Part shown: positions 18,086 to 27,394 of the stretch, in pieces
Layout: each line of letters opens with the position of its first letter
Position numbering within the stretch: the stretch's first letter is position 1
Source: Candidatus Binatia bacterium
GTDB lineage: Bacteria; Desulfobacterota; Binatia; Bin18
Length of the DNA stretch: 64,000 nt
Reading direction: 5' to 3'
Assembly: GCA_951812575.1 (NCBI GenBank)
Contig: OX638322.1
Span: 710,850 to 774,849 of the forward strand
Program-made: the position numbers and the translations under genes
The notes under the pieces: generated by a model
Seen by the model: only the letters and a program-made list of their open reading frames with translations
What the model was told of the DNA's origin: nothing
The model's database searches: none

Positions 18086-18300
18086 ACGAACCCACACCGA
18101 CATTGGAACAAATTCGAGCGCATGGCATTCAGGTTCTTGGGGAGCAGTTGGGTCTCGTGGGTATGGTGCGCTTTCTGCAACACTCGGAAACAGGCTGGGG
18201 CAACTACACCGAGGAAAGACACCAATGGTTGGACGACCCGGATGTCAGGGCGTTAGCCAAGGACATCCAGACGCACTATCCAGAGAAGCCAGCCGGGTAA
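18082..18300 (+). CDS. Small hypothetical protein, 72 aa (possible TA-module partner)
   Basis: ATGA overlap with the PIN remnant stop. Sequence MNEPTPTLEQIRAHGIQVLGEQLGLVGMVRFLQHSETGWGNYTEERHQWL. No firm family call. Confidence 0.45.
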   Translation: MNEPTPTLEQIRAHGIQVLGEQLGLVGMVRFLQHSETGWGNYTEERHQWLDDPDVRALAKDIQTHYPEKPAG

Positions 18301-18429
18301 ACCGCCTGACCTTAAGGAGAGGTCGGCAGGATGCCGGATTACGCCTACGGCCAACCTGCCCTACGGGACTTTCCTCATGAATGAATTTTTGGGGCGGTAC
18401 AGGAGGGAACCCACCCCGGCCTGCGGCCA

Positions 18430-18452
18430 CCCCTCCGGGGAGGGGATTTTTT
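18430..18452 (+). terminator. Intrinsic terminator-like hairpin
   Basis: CCCCTCC-GG-GGAGGGG (18430-18445), followed by ATTTTTT (18446-18452). Confidence 0.5.
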
Positions 18453-18459
18453 GGTGGGG

Positions 18460-18744
18460 TTACGCGGCACCCTGCCGGATGGTGATGGCCTCGCGCAGGC
18501 CGTCGAGCAGCCCTTCGAGGTGAGCCATGCGCTCGCGCAACTCGGCGATTTGCTGCTCCAGAGCCGTAAACCGCTCGTCAAAGTATTGACGTTGGGCGGC
18601 CAGTTCCCGGCGCTGTTCTACCAGTTCCCGGCGCTGTTCCGTCAATTCGGCACGGATGGCCCGCTGGCCGGTCATTATCAGCCCGGCCAGGGTCACCCCT
18701 ACTGCCACGACTGCTATCAGGACACTGATCAATTCCACGCTCAT
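18460..18744 (-). CDS. N-terminally anchored coiled-coil protein, 94 aa
   Basis: TM segment ELISVLIAVVAVGVTLAGLIM, then a heptad-rich EQRRELVEQRRELAAQRQYFDERFTALEQQIAELRERMAHLEGLLDGLREAI. The coding DNA contains a direct 18-bp repeat. Confidence 0.55.
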   Translation of the reverse strand: MSVELISVLIAVVAVGVTLAGLIMTGQRAIRAELTEQRRELVEQRRELAAQRQYFDERFTALEQQIAELRERMAHLEGLLDGLREAITIRQGAA

Positions 18745-18816
18745 GGGCCGTTCCGAAACATTCTTCGGGGCTCACCATATCCACCAACGAGAAGAAGGGC
18801 AAGCAGCGAATGCGTT

Positions 18817-19428
18817 TTATGAGTCCGCCGTATTTCGACTCTCCACACCCTTCTTCAGGGCACGCACGGTGGAGACGAAACTTTCACGCGCGGCATTCTT
18901 TTGCAGGGCCAGCGGGACCGGCAGGCTGACCTTGTCTTTCAGCGTGCCGGTGTAGGTCAGCAGGGTTTTGGTTCCGTCCGGCGAAGGCGTAAAGCGGTAT
19001 TCGCCCTGAATGTCGCTCAGTTGGCTTTCGACGCTCCGGATACGGACCCGGTTTTCTCCGGGCAGGAAGGTAAACTGCATACTCAACCGCTGTGGCTGGC
19101 CGAGCATGACCATCTCGAAGAGGATGAGCTTGCTGTTTCCCTGGGCCTGAAGGAGGCGAGACACCCGGATGGTCTCGCTGAACTCGGCGCTCCGTTCCGG
19201 CTCGGAGAATGCCTGCCAGATATCGGCCAGCGGGGCGTCGAGCCGGGAGGTGAACTCCAGCGTCATGGTATCGGCATGCTTGTCGAGCCGTTCACTCAGG
19301 ATTTCGGCGACCGGCCCCTCCCATTGCAGCGCCGCAGTCCGCATCCGCTGGAAAGAGAGGCCGGCCCAGACGCCCAGGCCAAGCAGCACGAGCACGCCGA
19401 TGTACAGGCCCAGTCGTCCCTTGCTCAT
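18817..19428 (-). CDS. SRPBCC/START-fold protein with N-terminal anchor
   Basis: 203 aa with an N-terminal TM (LGLYIGVLVLLGLGVWAGL). Length and pattern are consistent with the polyketide-cyclase/SRPBCC fold. Weak call. Confidence 0.45.
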   Translation of the reverse strand: MSKGRLGLYIGVLVLLGLGVWAGLSFQRMRTAALQWEGPVAEILSERLDKHADTMTLEFTSRLDAPLADIWQAFSEPERSAEFSETIRVSRLLQAQGNSKLILFEMVMLGQPQRLSMQFTFLPGENRVRIRSVESQLSDIQGEYRFTPSPDGTKTLLTYTGTLKDKVSLPVPLALQKNAARESFVSTVRALKKGVESRNTADS

Positions 19429-19448
19429 GCGCTATTCTTCAGGACGAG

Positions 19449-19817
19449 TTAGTAGGCTGGCGGGAGCGGTTCCGCGTTGAGAGCCCCGTCATCCGTTCGG
19501 GGGCGAGGTGCGCTGAAGTAGATGGTTTCCTCTCCCCGGAGGTGCTGCTGTCTCAGCACATAGTCTCCGCCCATGGACGGCGTCCACACCCGTTCGGCAA
19601 TCTCACGGTTCGTCCCGGTCAGCAGATAGGCCAGACCGCCGGTAATGCCGCCCAAGGTGGCATAGGTCAGCTTAGCCGGGATGTAGAACACATTGGCGGC
19701 GACGGTCGCCGTTCCAAGTCCGGCGTCTTCGAGATAGTCGGCCGTGGCCGACGCGGTCGACGGCGTGCTGAGCATCAGCACACTACCACACAAAAGGGCC
19801 AATAACGTTTTTCCCAT
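19449..19817 (-). CDS. Secreted hypothetical protein, 122 aa
   Basis: Signal peptide MGKTLLALLCGSVLMLSTPSTASA. No motif recognised. Confidence 0.5.
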   Translation of the reverse strand: MGKTLLALLCGSVLMLSTPSTASATADYLEDAGLGTATVAANVFYIPAKLTYATLGGITGGLAYLLTGTNREIAERVWTPSMGGDYVLRQQHLRGEETIYFSAPRPRTDDGALNAEPLPPAY

Positions 19818-19827
19818 GACATCCTCC

Positions 19828-20601
19828 TCATCCTTCTGTTCTCACCACACACCCCTCAGGGAGCAACGTGATCAAATGTTGAAAAGCCCGATCGACATAG
19901 TGTTTATCTTTAGACTCAAAGGTAATTTTGACCCGGTACTCGGGATCGTTATTCTTCGGATACGATCCGAGCATCACCTCCGGGTACTCGCGCAATGTTT
20001 CATTCAGGAACCCGGCAATCACGCTCTCATATTCGCGCGTGTAGAGCACCTTGAGATAATAGGGGTCTGCGGCAAAACGACTCTTGAGCGCCAGGAATTT
20101 CTGTCGAAAAATATCTGGGATGCCGGGCAGGACATACACATTTTCCACTTTGATCGTCGGGAAACGGACCGCACCATCCTCAATCAGCTCAGCCCCTTCA
20201 GGCGCTTCCGCCATCTTGAGATAGGCGCTATTTGCCGGCCGGCCGTTGAGATAGGAGCGTAATTTCTCCTCTAGCACAGGATGGCAGATAACCTGTCGCT
20301 CCAAGGCGCACGCGACCCCTTCAATAGTAATATCGTCATGCGTTGGGCCGACACCGCCTGAGGTAAAGACAATATCGAACTGGCGGTGAAAATCACGCAC
20401 CGTCTCGGTAATGATGTCGAGTTCGTCGGGGATCACGACGACCCGCTTCAGGGTCACTCCAATCTCTCGGAGTTCCTTTGCCAGGAAGGGCGAATTGGTA
20501 TCGACCGTCTTGCCAGACAGTATTTCGTTGCCAATGACGACGATACCCGCATCCAGTTCATGCACAGTTACACTATAAACCGATTTTCCGCTCGGTGGCA
20601 A
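19828..20601 (-). CDS. Molybdopterin-binding (MoCF_BD) CinA-N/FAD-synthase-like protein
   Basis: IVVIGNEILSGKTVDTNSPFLAKELREIGV and FTSGGVGPTHDDIT motifs. Confidence 0.7.
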   Translation of the reverse strand: MPPSGKSVYSVTVHELDAGIVVIGNEILSGKTVDTNSPFLAKELREIGVTLKRVVVIPDELDIITETVRDFHRQFDIVFTSGGVGPTHDDITIEGVACALERQVICHPVLEEKLRSYLNGRPANSAYLKMAEAPEGAELIEDGAVRFPTIKVENVYVLPGIPDIFRQKFLALKSRFAADPYYLKVLYTREYESVIAGFLNETLREYPEVMLGSYPKNNDPEYRVKITFESKDKHYVDRAFQHLITLLPEGCVVRTEG

Positions 20602-20615
20602 TATGAAGGAAAAGA

Positions 20616-21644
20616 TTAGCTCGCGTCAGTCAGGCCAATGTCGAGATCCGTGAGATCCGGGATCTCGCGGACTAGGTACGCCTTTAATTTTTTCTTGAGC
20701 CGGCTTTCGAGCTGGCGCACCCGCTCACGACTGATGCCGTACTGGTCGCCAATGTCCTGAAGTGTCAAGGGCTCTTCGGCGAAGAGACGTTGATTAAATA
20801 TCACTTCCTCTTTGCCTTCCAGGGTCCGGGCGAAGTCCGTCAGCTTACGACGTATCAACTGCTGATATTCGAGCGTCGAGACCGCTTCCTCCGTATTCGC
20901 GCTGTGGTCGGCCAGGAAGTCGAGAAACGTGGCAGACTCGTCCCCCGCGTCAAGCGGCGCGTCAACCGAGAGGTCCCGGGCTGCCATGCGCTGCTCCATC
21001 TCCACGACCTCACGTTCTTTCACTCCCAGGTTGTGGGCGAGCCGTTTTGGCTCGGGGGAATAGCCCTCGGCTTCGAGCCGTTCTTTTTCCTTTTGGAGAT
21101 TAAAGAAGAGTTTGCGCTGGGCCTGGGTCGTGCCAAGCTTCACCATACGCCAATTGTTCATAATGTAGCGAATGATATATGCCCGTACCCACCAGACCGC
21201 ATAGGAGGGAAACCGGACGCCCCGGTACGGGTCAAAGTGCCGAACCGCATCCATGAGGCCGACATTCCCCTCCTGGATTAAATCGAGCAGATTTTGAAAT
21301 GCCCGCTGGTAACTCCGGGCAATCATGACCACTAGGCGTAAGTTTGCGGTAACGAGCCGATAGGCGGCCTGCACGTCGCCGTACTCTTTATACTGGACCG
21401 CCAACTCGTGCTCCTCTTCGGGCGAGAGCAGGGCATAGCGACGGATCTCTGCCATATAACGACTGAGGGAATCCGTGGGGATGAGCGCCGTTTCCATCTT
21501 GTCAGCCTCGTCGGCCGTGGTGGCACTGACTTCGATGGGCGGTTCAGGCTGCCCTTTCTGCTCGACCGACCCAGAGTCTGCCAGTTCGGGTTCGGCAAGA
21601 ACGGGCACGGCAATGGAACCGGTGTCTTTTGCCAAATTTTTCAT
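20616..21644 (-). CDS. rpoH: RNA polymerase sigma-32 factor RpoH
   Basis: Region 2 is LIQEGNVGLMDAVRHFDPYRGVRFPSYAVWWVRAYI. RpoH box is TTQAQRKLFFNLQKEK. Region 4 is LQDIGDQYGISRERVRQLE. The N-terminal 49 aa are acidic and non-conserved, and an alternative ATG lies at 21497. Confidence 0.85.
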   Translation of the reverse strand: MKNLAKDTGSIAVPVLAEPELADSGSVEQKGQPEPPIEVSATTADEADKMETALIPTDSLSRYMAEIRRYALLSPEEEHELAVQYKEYGDVQAAYRLVTANLRLVVMIARSYQRAFQNLLDLIQEGNVGLMDAVRHFDPYRGVRFPSYAVWWVRAYIIRYIMNNWRMVKLGTTQAQRKLFFNLQKEKERLEAEGYSPEPKRLAHNLGVKEREVVEMEQRMAARDLSVDAPLDAGDESATFLDFLADHSANTEEAVSTLEYQQLIRRKLTDFARTLEGKEEVIFNQRLFAEEPLTLQDIGDQYGISRERVRQLESRLKKKLKAYLVREIPDLTDLDIGLTDAS

Positions 21645-21799
21645 GAAGGCGTTATCACACAGCGAAAAATAGCAGGGGCGGCCCCGACTGCACCGAGTCT
21701 CTCATAAACGACGTTGGATCGGTGCTGGGCTCGTACCCGGAGACGCCACGTCGATGGAGGGAATATCCCTGTATACTACAGGGCAACAAAGAGAACGTC

Positions 21800-22009
21800 T
21801 TACGCTTCTTCAATCGCTTCCTGGGCCTCTTGCTTCCACACTTTGCCAGCCGCAACTTCACGCAGGGCCGTCACGACTTCTTTATTGTCCGAGTCAACGA
21901 GCCGCGGCGAGCCCTTGAGGAGTTCTTTCGCTCTGTGCGCGGCCACGACAACGAGTTCAAATCGATTCGGGATCTGGGCCAGACAGTCTTCAACCGTGAT
22001 ACGTGCCAT
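21800..22009 (-). CDS. rpoZ: DNA-directed RNA polymerase subunit omega
   Basis: [33 protein letters not shown]… is the canonical RpoZ N-terminus. Confidence 0.9.
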   Translation of the reverse strand: MARITVEDCLAQIPNRFELVVVAAHRAKELLKGSPRLVDSDNKEVVTALREVAAGKVWKQEAQEAIEEA

Positions 22010-22145
22010 TGTGATTCCTTCTTATCCGTTTCACTGTTGTGTATCATAGTAGCTTATCATCGACAAAGAAGGAAGCAGGAAACGGGACCGTTTCCGACCT
22101 TGACAAGTCATACCCGGCACGGTACTTCCGGTCCGGGAGAACGCT

Positions 22146-22619
22146 ATGGGTTTTTGGCAACGTTTTGTTGGCTCTGAAGAGCCGCAGCATAAAGATCCGC
22201 AACAGTTAGTACCGACCCTCGTGACGAGCTGTCGGGCAGAAAAGCAACTCGTCCAGCAAATCCTCGCCCACGCAGAGCTTGCGCCTCATCAGGCGGGTCG
22301 GGATCAACTGCGGACCGCCGCAGAAGAGCAGGAGCGCATTACCCAGCGTATTCAGGATAAAATCGCAGAGTTGGAGGGTGAGTGGAGTGAAACAGAAGAG
22401 GCTTCACCAAAAGGTGGACACAATCACTGGTCCCGGGTTGTCCACGACCTTGAGGATAGCCAGACCCTGACCCAGCGGTATAACGAGCAGGCCATTTACT
22501 GGGACCCTGACCTTCCCGACGCTACCCAGTTCTTTCTTTCCCTGGAGAAAGACAAACGGCGGCTGAATGCTTTTCTGCGTGATATTGCGCTCCGAGCAGA
22601 CCCGCACGCGGTTGACTAG
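22146..22619 (+). CDS. Hypothetical protein, 157 aa
   Basis: ATG ORF divergent from rpoZ. A TTGACA lies at 22100-22105 upstream. No motif recognised. Confidence 0.45.
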   Translation: MGFWQRFVGSEEPQHKDPQQLVPTLVTSCRAEKQLVQQILAHAELAPHQAGRDQLRTAAEEQERITQRIQDKIAELEGEWSETEEASPKGGHNHWSRVVHDLEDSQTLTQRYNEQAIYWDPDLPDATQFFLSLEKDKRRLNAFLRDIALRADPHAVD

Positions 22620-22652
22620 CGCTCCGGTCTTCGTCCTAGCCAGCATCAAGTC

Positions 22653-23243
22653 CTATTCGTCGTCTTCTCGGGCCAAGTGATCCAGGCTCATCGGACGCGG
22701 CGTAAAATGTCCTTGAACCGACGCGGCAGAGGGAGGCCTCCAATTCGGCCCTGGGCTCTGGCCCGGGCGGGGCGTATTCGGACCCTTAGCACGCGCATTC
22801 GGGGCCTGCTCTCGGCGCCCCGACTTATTCCTCCCTCCTCCGCCTGAGGATTTCAAACGGTTCCCGATAAAACCAACCCGCTCCTCAATGCGTCGGAGCG
22901 TGGTCGTCACCGGCTCTATCTGCTCCTCGATATGTTTCCTCAGCCCCTCTTGCAGGAGGGTGCCGATCGTTTCCTCGGTCAAGCCGGATTGAGGCGGATC
23001 GACCGGAGCAGCAGACCGGAGTTCCTTGACCTCGGCCACGAGTGCGGCTAAGCCCTGCGAGAGCGTGCCCTCTAAGGTTTCGAGCCGTTGCTGCAATGTC
23101 AGAATCGCGGCCTGGACCGCCGGCTCGGCCGCGACAGCGGTTTTCTTGACCGGACTTTTCCGCTTCCTACTGGTCGTTTTTTTCGCGCCAGCGGTCTTTT
23201 TTGCCGTTGTCCCGCTTGTCGGTTTTGAGGCTGCTTTTGCCAT
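22653..23243 (-). CDS. Hypothetical protein with Lys/Ala-rich histone-H1-like N-terminus
   Basis: From ATG 23243: MAKAASKPTSGTTAKKTAGAKKTTSRKRKSPVKKTA…, a central coiled segment, and a Gly/Pro/Arg-rich C-terminus. Confidence 0.5.
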   Translation of the reverse strand: MAKAASKPTSGTTAKKTAGAKKTTSRKRKSPVKKTAVAAEPAVQAAILTLQQRLETLEGTLSQGLAALVAEVKELRSAAPVDPPQSGLTEETIGTLLQEGLRKHIEEQIEPVTTTLRRIEERVGFIGNRLKSSGGGGRNKSGRREQAPNARAKGPNTPRPGQSPGPNWRPPSAASVQGHFTPRPMSLDHLAREDDE

Positions 23244-23309
23244 ACCGTTCCTTTCTTCTCGTTCACACACCAGGAGACGGTCCCAAAGAGAACCGAGGAG
23301 TATCGTGAG

Positions 23310-23522
23310 CTAGGCCATATGGGTTGAATACTCCAGTATTTCTCCGAGTTGACGAATCTTGGTGGCGCGGACCGCCCACTCCTGGGGTGGGGCGTGCGCG
23401 AACTCCTCAATGTGGTGACGCAGACTCTTCTCCACAATCTCCACACACCGCGCGGCACACTCTTGCTGCTGCTCACGACGGCGAGCCTGTATAATCTTCC
23501 GCAAGGAAATGATCTCAGCCAC
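23310..23522 (-). CDS. Small hypothetical protein, 70 aa
   Basis: ORF overlapping the trmJ stop by 8 nt on the same strand. No motif recognised. Confidence 0.35.
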   Translation of the reverse strand: MAEIISLRKIIQARRREQQQECAARCVEIVEKSLRHHIEEFAHAPPQEWAVRATKIRQLGEILEYSTHMA

Positions 23523-24318
23523 GATCTTCGCTCACTCTTTGCGCACCGCGTTTTACCGCACTGTATCGCGACGACTGATGCTCGGCCTGCTCCCGGCGCT
23601 GCCACCCTCCTTTGGCATACCACTCAATTTGATGGGCAATGCCAAGAAGAATCCGGACATCACGGTCTTCGAGTCCGGCTCGGCCAAACAGCCGACGGAG
23701 GGCGAGCATGATATGCTCAGGATTATCTTGGGGGAGAAAGCCAACCTGTAAGAGCGCAGCTTTGAGCTTTTCGTACATCAATTCCTGTCGCTCGGAAGAC
23801 GCGAACACCGGCTGACCACCATCCACTGTCTGCCGTGCCTCGCAGAAAACGGCATAGCAGCACAGCAGCACGGCCTGAGCGACATTCAGTGAGGCGAACG
23901 TCGGGTCCGTTGGGATCGTCAGTAAGGTGTGGCAGCAGCGCAAATCCTCATTGCTCAAGCCGCTGTCTTCCGGACCGAAAACGAGCGCAACCCGATTGCT
24001 TTTGAGGCTGGTGACGATCTCAGCCGCACGCGCCTCAAGCGTTCCTGCGCCTTCCCGGTACAGGCCGGCGCGGCACGTGGTTCCCACAACGAGACCACAG
24101 GGGCTGACGGCCGCGCGCAGGGAAGAGTGTATCTGCATGGTTTCGAGTACGTCTTTGGCGTGGACTGCCAGCGCATCAGCCGCGTCACGCTGTATCGGGT
24201 CTGGATTGACGAGATGCAACTCAGTAATCCCGCAGTTTCGCATCGCCCGCGCAGTCGCGCCGATATTACCGGAGTATTTCGGCCGGACAAGAACAATACG
24301 CAGATTGACCAAGCTCAT
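23515..24318 (-). CDS. trmJ: SpoU-family tRNA 2'-O-methyltransferase (TrmJ-like)
   Basis: LVRPKYSGNIGATARAMRNCGITELHLVNP and LVFGPEDSGLSNEDL…IPT…SLNVAQAV motifs of SPOUT methyltransferases. Confidence 0.75.
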   Translation of the reverse strand: MSLVNLRIVLVRPKYSGNIGATARAMRNCGITELHLVNPDPIQRDAADALAVHAKDVLETMQIHSSLRAAVSPCGLVVGTTCRAGLYREGAGTLEARAAEIVTSLKSNRVALVFGPEDSGLSNEDLRCCHTLLTIPTDPTFASLNVAQAVLLCCYAVFCEARQTVDGGQPVFASSERQELMYEKLKAALLQVGFLPQDNPEHIMLALRRLFGRAGLEDRDVRILLGIAHQIEWYAKGGWQRREQAEHQSSRYSAVKRGAQRVSEDRG

Positions 24319-24415
24319 ACGGAGAGTGATCGACCGCCTCAGGGGCGGTGTGTCAACCCTATTCGGGCAGCCTCGGTATCGAGCGTGGCGGGGAAACAGT
24401 CACTCCCCCACGCCA

Positions 24416-24712
24416 TTAACGCTTATTCGCAGAGGCTCGTGGCGTGTGGCCGTACGGCCGCTGTTCACGCAGCTGGCGGATAAGCACTTCTCGCTCTACA
24501 AACCGTTTGCGATGTCGTCCATCGCCTTCCCGGTAGACGATATCCGCTTCAAGTAGCTCTTCGAGATAACGATGGAGGGGGTAGGACTTCTCCCCCTCTC
24601 CTATCCCCTGTAATACCCCACGAAGGCGTTCGAGCCATTCGCCATCAAGCTCGATCTCCACTCGCAATGGACAACCAATAGCGAGCACCTTCGATCGGAT
24701 GTTTTTCGGCAT
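24416..24712 (-). CDS. Hypothetical protein, 98 aa
   Basis: Charged ORF upstream of trmJ. It contains a GAGGGGG…CCCCCTC hairpin at about 24585-24610 within the coding sequence. Could be spurious. Confidence 0.35.
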   Translation of the reverse strand: MPKNIRSKVLAIGCPLRVEIELDGEWLERLRGVLQGIGEGEKSYPLHRYLEELLEADIVYREGDGRHRKRFVEREVLIRQLREQRPYGHTPRASANKR

Positions 24713-24864
24713 GTATACACCATATTCCAGAGGACCCAGTAGTATTTCCTGATTCCGGTGGCTTTTGCAAGACCGGTAAAAGAGTAGGTCCGTTGACCCT
24801 CAGCCTGGAATCCATTACAAGTCCAGAAGCACCACGCTCTCTTTCTTTCCTCAGAGCAACCGCC

Positions 24865-25521
24865 ATGAAAATCGTGTCGTTTGGCGACATACATATGGCT
24901 ACCGCGCACATGGAAGCCATCAGCGCCGAGTTGGCGAGCGCCGATGTGGTCCTGCTCTCGGGTGATCTGACGAACTTTGGAGGGCCACGCGCCGTCCGGC
25001 AGGTGATTCGGGTCGCCCAAACATACTGTCCAATAGTCCGCGCCCTACCGGGGAATCTGGACCAACCAGAGACGATTGCCTTTCTTCGGACTGAACAGGT
25101 CGGCTTGCACGGGGAACATCAGTGCTATGGCGAGGTGGCCATCTATGGCTGCGGAGGATCAAATCTGACCCCATTCCAGACACCGCTCGAGTATACGGAT
25201 GAGATCCTGTGGCAGATACTGCAACAAGCGGTTGCTGACGTCCCCCCTACTCCGTGTCATATTATGGTCTGTCATACGCCACCCTATGCGACGCGGCTCG
25301 ATCGCCTCGTTAACGGCAGACCAGTTGGCAGCCCCGCCGTCCGCCAATTCATCGCGGAAAAACAGCCCCATTTGTGCATCACCGGTCATATCCATGAGTC
25401 TCCTGGAGTCGATACGATCGGCCGCACAAAAATACTGAATGCCGGTCCTTTTGCAGCGGGCGGGTATATCGTCGCCCAGTATGAAGGGGGCGTCCTCGAT
25501 GCCGAGTTGCGCTTCATGTGA
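24865..25521 (+). CDS. Metallophosphoesterase
   Basis: From ATG 24865: MKIVSFGDIHMA, LLSGDLTNFG, LPGNLD, CHTPP, ITGHIHE motifs. Confidence 0.8.
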   Translation: MKIVSFGDIHMATAHMEAISAELASADVVLLSGDLTNFGGPRAVRQVIRVAQTYCPIVRALPGNLDQPETIAFLRTEQVGLHGEHQCYGEVAIYGCGGSNLTPFQTPLEYTDEILWQILQQAVADVPPTPCHIMVCHTPPYATRLDRLVNGRPVGSPAVRQFIAEKQPHLCITGHIHESPGVDTIGRTKILNAGPFAAGGYIVAQYEGGVLDAELRFM

Positions 25522-25565
25522 AGCCCTAAAATAGCGCCCTACCCCACTCTTGCCTCGTAGCAATT

Positions 25566-26639
25566 ATGGCCACCATCAAAACATGCACCTGGGCTCCAAC
25601 CGCCCTCGCCGCTCCAAACCTGACACGGCAGGCCGCAGAAAAGAAGCCTAAAAGGACGGGTAAGCCCGCTCATGCTGGCCGGTCTGGTCCCGCTCTGGTG
25701 CAGCGTTTGCTCGCCCCGGTGCAGCAGGCTGAAGCCTTAGGCATCGACTATCTACTCGTTGCTCAGCGCTGGTGGGGCACGGGGGAGGAGGTTGAGGGCT
25801 CTTCATACGACTGTCTGGCGATGACGGATTTCTATGCTGCCCATACCGCCCACATTCACCTGATTACCGCCATTCATCCAGGGTTTTTTCTACCGGCTCC
25901 CATTGCCAAATGGAGCGCGACACTTGACCGGCTCACCAATAGCCGCTGGTCCATCAATGTGACCTCGGGCTGGCATGAAGCCGAGTTTGGCATGTACGGT
26001 GCCGAGCTGATCGAACACGATGAACGCTATGCCCGGACGAGTGAGTTTATCCAAGTCCTGCGGGGTGCCTGGACGCACGAAGAGTTTTCGTTTGCCGGGC
26101 GCTTTTACCAGGTCAATGGACTGCGGCTCGAACCGCGCCCCCTCGGCCCGCTTGAGGTGTTTCAGGGCGGACAATCCGAGGCGGCGATGCATATGGCCGC
26201 CCACCATTCGGACTGGATGTTCTTAAACGGCGGCCCCCCGGAAAAAATAGCCGGTATCATTGAGGCCGTTCGTAAACGGACGGCAAAAACCGGACGGCGG
26301 CTCCGCTTTGCCCTCTACTCTATCCCCCTGTGTCGGCGCACGGATGCGGAAGCGCAGGCAGAAATCACGGCGATGATAGATGCGGTCGATGAGACCCTGC
26401 TGGAACGCCGAGGGAAGCGGGTGAGTGGCGCGCAAGGCATGTGGGCCGACCGGCAGAATAAGCTCGCCATGCTCGATTCCAACGAAGGCTATGCCAGCGG
26501 CTTGATAGGCAGTCCGGATACTATTTTGCGGCGGATGCAAGAGTTCCAGCAGCTTGGGGTCGAGTGCTTTCATCTGACGCTGCACGACGAACTTTTTAAT
26601 ACCGCAGTCTTACCGGCGTTGAAACAACTCCCGGCCTAG
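25566..26639 (+). CDS. LLM-class (luciferase-like) flavin-dependent oxidoreductase
   Basis: …AEALGIDYLLVAQRWWG…INVTSGWHEAEFGMYG…RYARTSEFIQVLRGAW is an LLM pattern. The N-terminal ~45 aa are atypical, so the start is uncertain. Confidence 0.7.
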   Translation: MATIKTCTWAPTALAAPNLTRQAAEKKPKRTGKPAHAGRSGPALVQRLLAPVQQAEALGIDYLLVAQRWWGTGEEVEGSSYDCLAMTDFYAAHTAHIHLITAIHPGFFLPAPIAKWSATLDRLTNSRWSINVTSGWHEAEFGMYGAELIEHDERYARTSEFIQVLRGAWTHEEFSFAGRFYQVNGLRLEPRPLGPLEVFQGGQSEAAMHMAAHHSDWMFLNGGPPEKIAGIIEAVRKRTAKTGRRLRFALYSIPLCRRTDAEAQAEITAMIDAVDETLLERRGKRVSGAQGMWADRQNKLAMLDSNEGYASGLIGSPDTILRRMQEFQQLGVECFHLTLHDELFNTAVLPALKQLPA

Positions 26640-26668
26640 TGTGCCGCACGAGAAAGGAAGAGTGCTTC

Positions 26669-27337
26669 GTGTCGCAGCCCTTTCATTCCACCTTACGCAC
26701 GGCCGCGCAGCCCATCTGGGATGCGATTTTTTCCCACCCCTTCGTCCGAGAACTCGGCACCGGCACGCTCAGCCGCGAACGCTTTCTTTTTTTCGTCCAG
26801 CAGGACTATCTGTACTTACAGGACTTCGCCCGCGCCCTGTGCCTGGGCGGCGCAAAGGCCGACACGCTGGACGCGCTCCAGATGTTCGCCGACCACGCCG
26901 CCACCGTGGTCCAGGTGGAACGCAATCTGCACACCAACTGGAGCGACAAGCTCGGCCTCACTCCTCAAGACCTGGCCCATACCGAGCGCGCGCCCGTCAC
27001 GCAGGCCTACACCCGACATCTTCTCGCGGTTGGGCATAGTGGCAGTCTGGCAGAAATCGTTGCCGCCGTCCTGCCGTGCTACTGGATTTATTGGGAGGTC
27101 GGGAAGAAGCTCAACGACCCGCCCCCTCCCGACCCGCTTTACGCAGAGTGGACACAAGCCTACAGCGGCGAAGGGTTTGGCGCCCACGTCCAGCAACAGT
27201 TGGCACTTATCGACCGTCTTGCCCAGGACAGTTCTACGGATGAGCGGAAACGGTGGGCGGAGCATTTCATCCAGAGCAGTCGGTATGAATATCTCTTTTG
27301 GGAGCAGGCGTATCGGACCGAAGAATGGCCGGTGTAG
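26669..27337 (+). CDS. tenA: Thiaminase II / aminopyrimidine aminohydrolase TenA
   Basis: PIWDAIFSHPFVRELGTGTLSRERFLFFVQQDYLYLQDFARAL and SSRYEYLFWEQAY. Start placed at a GTG (VSQPFHS), 30 nt inside track ORF 26639..27337. Uncertain by about +/-30 nt. Confidence 0.8.
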   Translation: MSQPFHSTLRTAAQPIWDAIFSHPFVRELGTGTLSRERFLFFVQQDYLYLQDFARALCLGGAKADTLDALQMFADHAATVVQVERNLHTNWSDKLGLTPQDLAHTERAPVTQAYTRHLLAVGHSGSLAEIVAAVLPCYWIYWEVGKKLNDPPPPDPLYAEWTQAYSGEGFGAHVQQQLALIDRLAQDSSTDERKRWAEHFIQSSRYEYLFWEQAYRTEEWPV

Positions 27338-27394
27338 GACTCTAAAAAATAGCCTGCCAGCACTCCCGGCCCAAACCGGGGTTCAGCCGGGCCA

